Of a stretch of 25,189 nucleotides of DNA, positions 24,236 to 25,189 are shown in pieces (the first letter of the stretch is position 1; every line of letters starts with the position of its first letter). The stretch is from Promethearchaeota archaeon (GTDB taxonomy: Archaea > Asgardarchaeota > Thorarchaeia > Thorarchaeales > Thorarchaeaceae). Location: NCBI GenBank assembly GCA_048939765.1, contig JBHLPF010000040.1, positions 1-25,189 of the forward strand, given 5' to 3'. A model generated the notes under the pieces. The model was given only the letters and a program-made list of their open reading frames with translations, made no database searches and had not been told where the DNA came from. The position numbers and the translations under genes were made by a program.

Positions 24236-25189
24236 CTAGTCCGCAAACCAGCCCTCCTCGGTAGGCTCCGACTGCATCTTAGTCATTTCATCAGATTCAT
24301 CCAAGTCTTCACAATGAGGGCAGTCTTTGCAGAGTTGCTCAATCTGTTTGCAGTTGATGAAATCTACACCGCATCTGGCAATCGTAGTAATCTCATGAGG
24401 CTCAAGATATTCTTCACCCTCTGGAAGCTCCCCAGCCTGTTTGAGACTATGCTTCACAGCAATAGGACCTACAGCTTCAAGAACTATGGTCGAAACCGCA
24501 ACTACTCCTAGTATCAATGCGCCTGCGGAAGCAGCCTCTCCCCCGAGAGAAACAAAGGTTTCCTCGACAAGGAATGAAAGGCCTAGGGCGACCCCAGCCT
24601 GACAGAACAGACTGGATCCTAGATATTTCCTAATCTTCTCGCTTTCACCGACGAGCGTCGCTCCAATTCGAGCGCCAAGGTATTTCGCTGTCGTACGGCT
24701 TGCAAGATATAATATCGCAGTGGCAACTATTAATGCCAATGTTGCCTGTACAGAGAGCAAGTGAGCCATCCTAGCTCCAACTAGAACAAAGAAGATCATG
24801 ACAATAGGTGACATAATTCTCTCAACAAGGACAGGGACTGGTTCTTTGTCCGGGTCGATATATTTGCCAACTAAGAAGCCAAATACTATGCACGAGAAAA
24901 TCTCGCTGACTCCAAGGACAAGCGATAATCCAATGATGAAGATGACTAGTCCTAGTTCGAGCTCAAGGAGCTTTCCTCGGTCTCGCTCTCTATTCACGAA
25001 TCTTAGAAACACGAAAGCGAATATAGCGCCCAATGCCGCAGCGATCCCAATCTCGCCTAGAGGTACAAGAACGACTTCCATCAGAGTTGTGCTATCTGGA
25101 ACAAACATCCAGAGAGCATAAGACATGGCCGAGTTCACAAGAATGACCGCGGCAATATCATCAGCCGCAAGCACAAACATCAATGATGA
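24236..25189 (-). CDS. Cation:proton antiporter (Na+/H+ exchanger family), 5'-truncated by window end
   Basis: LAADD, FFVLVGA, RTTAKYLGA, QAGVALGL and EAVGPIAVK motifs. Frame stays open to 25189. Confidence 0.88.
   Translation of the reverse strand, partial: SSLMFVLAADDIAAVILVNSAMSYALWMFVPDSTTLMEVVLVPLGEIGIAAALGAIFAFVFLRFVNRERDRGKLLELELGLVIFIIGLSLVLGVSEIFSCIVFGFLVGKYIDPDKEPVPVLVERIMSPIVMIFFVLVGARMAHLLSVQATLALIVATAILYLASRTTAKYLGARIGATLVGESEKIRKYLGSSLFCQAGVALGLSFLVEETFVSLGGEAASAGALILGVVAVSTIVLEAVGPIAVKHSLKQAGELPEGEEYLEPHEITTIARCGVDFINCKQIEQLCKDCPHCEDLDESDEMTKMQSEPTEEGWFAD

Noticed and set aside
411-25121. Numerous short ORFs nested in or antisense to the called genes (e.g. 634..945, 7635..8081, 10905..11342, 14419..14916, 24798..25121)
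   Set aside because: Shadow frames of well-supported CDSs with no motifs of their own.
1-25189. CRISPR array, transposase, integrase, prophage or known defence system
   Set aside because: No regularly spaced repeats or diagnostic catalytic motifs were seen by eye.

Overview
Gene-dense archaeal chromosomal window with no rRNA, tRNA, CRISPR array or transposase. It is most likely from an Asgard archaeon (Thorarchaeia-like). This is inferred from GGTGA/GGAGG SD motifs, frequent TTG/GTG starts, tandem double Lrp/AsnC regulators and a giant sequon-rich single-pass surface protein with a cytoplasmic longin-like domain. Recognisable genes: double-hotdog MaoC dehydratase, PaaI thioesterase, MsrB, a divergent KARI/IlvC-family reductase, a Kv-beta-like aldo-keto reductase, a GT-C glycosyltransferase, a HAD hydrolase, an AlkZ/HTH_42 glycosylase, MscL, a TIM-barrel isomerase, DinB, two TIGR04076-like proteins and a cation/H+ antiporter. 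Best leads: (1) a receptor-like 1719-aa Ig-repeat/TM/longin protein; (2) a pair of paralogous 2-TM microproteins with opposite charge bias, one missed by the ORF track; (3) an MscL with its usual C-terminal helix moved to the N-terminus; (4) a protamine- or eL39-like Arg-rich 70-aa protein; (5) a structured intergenic element with alternative pairings and group II intron DV/DVI-like features; (6) a membrane-tethered HTH regulator with a candidate operator upstream of a surface-protein gene. All family calls come from reading motifs by eye; no searches were run.
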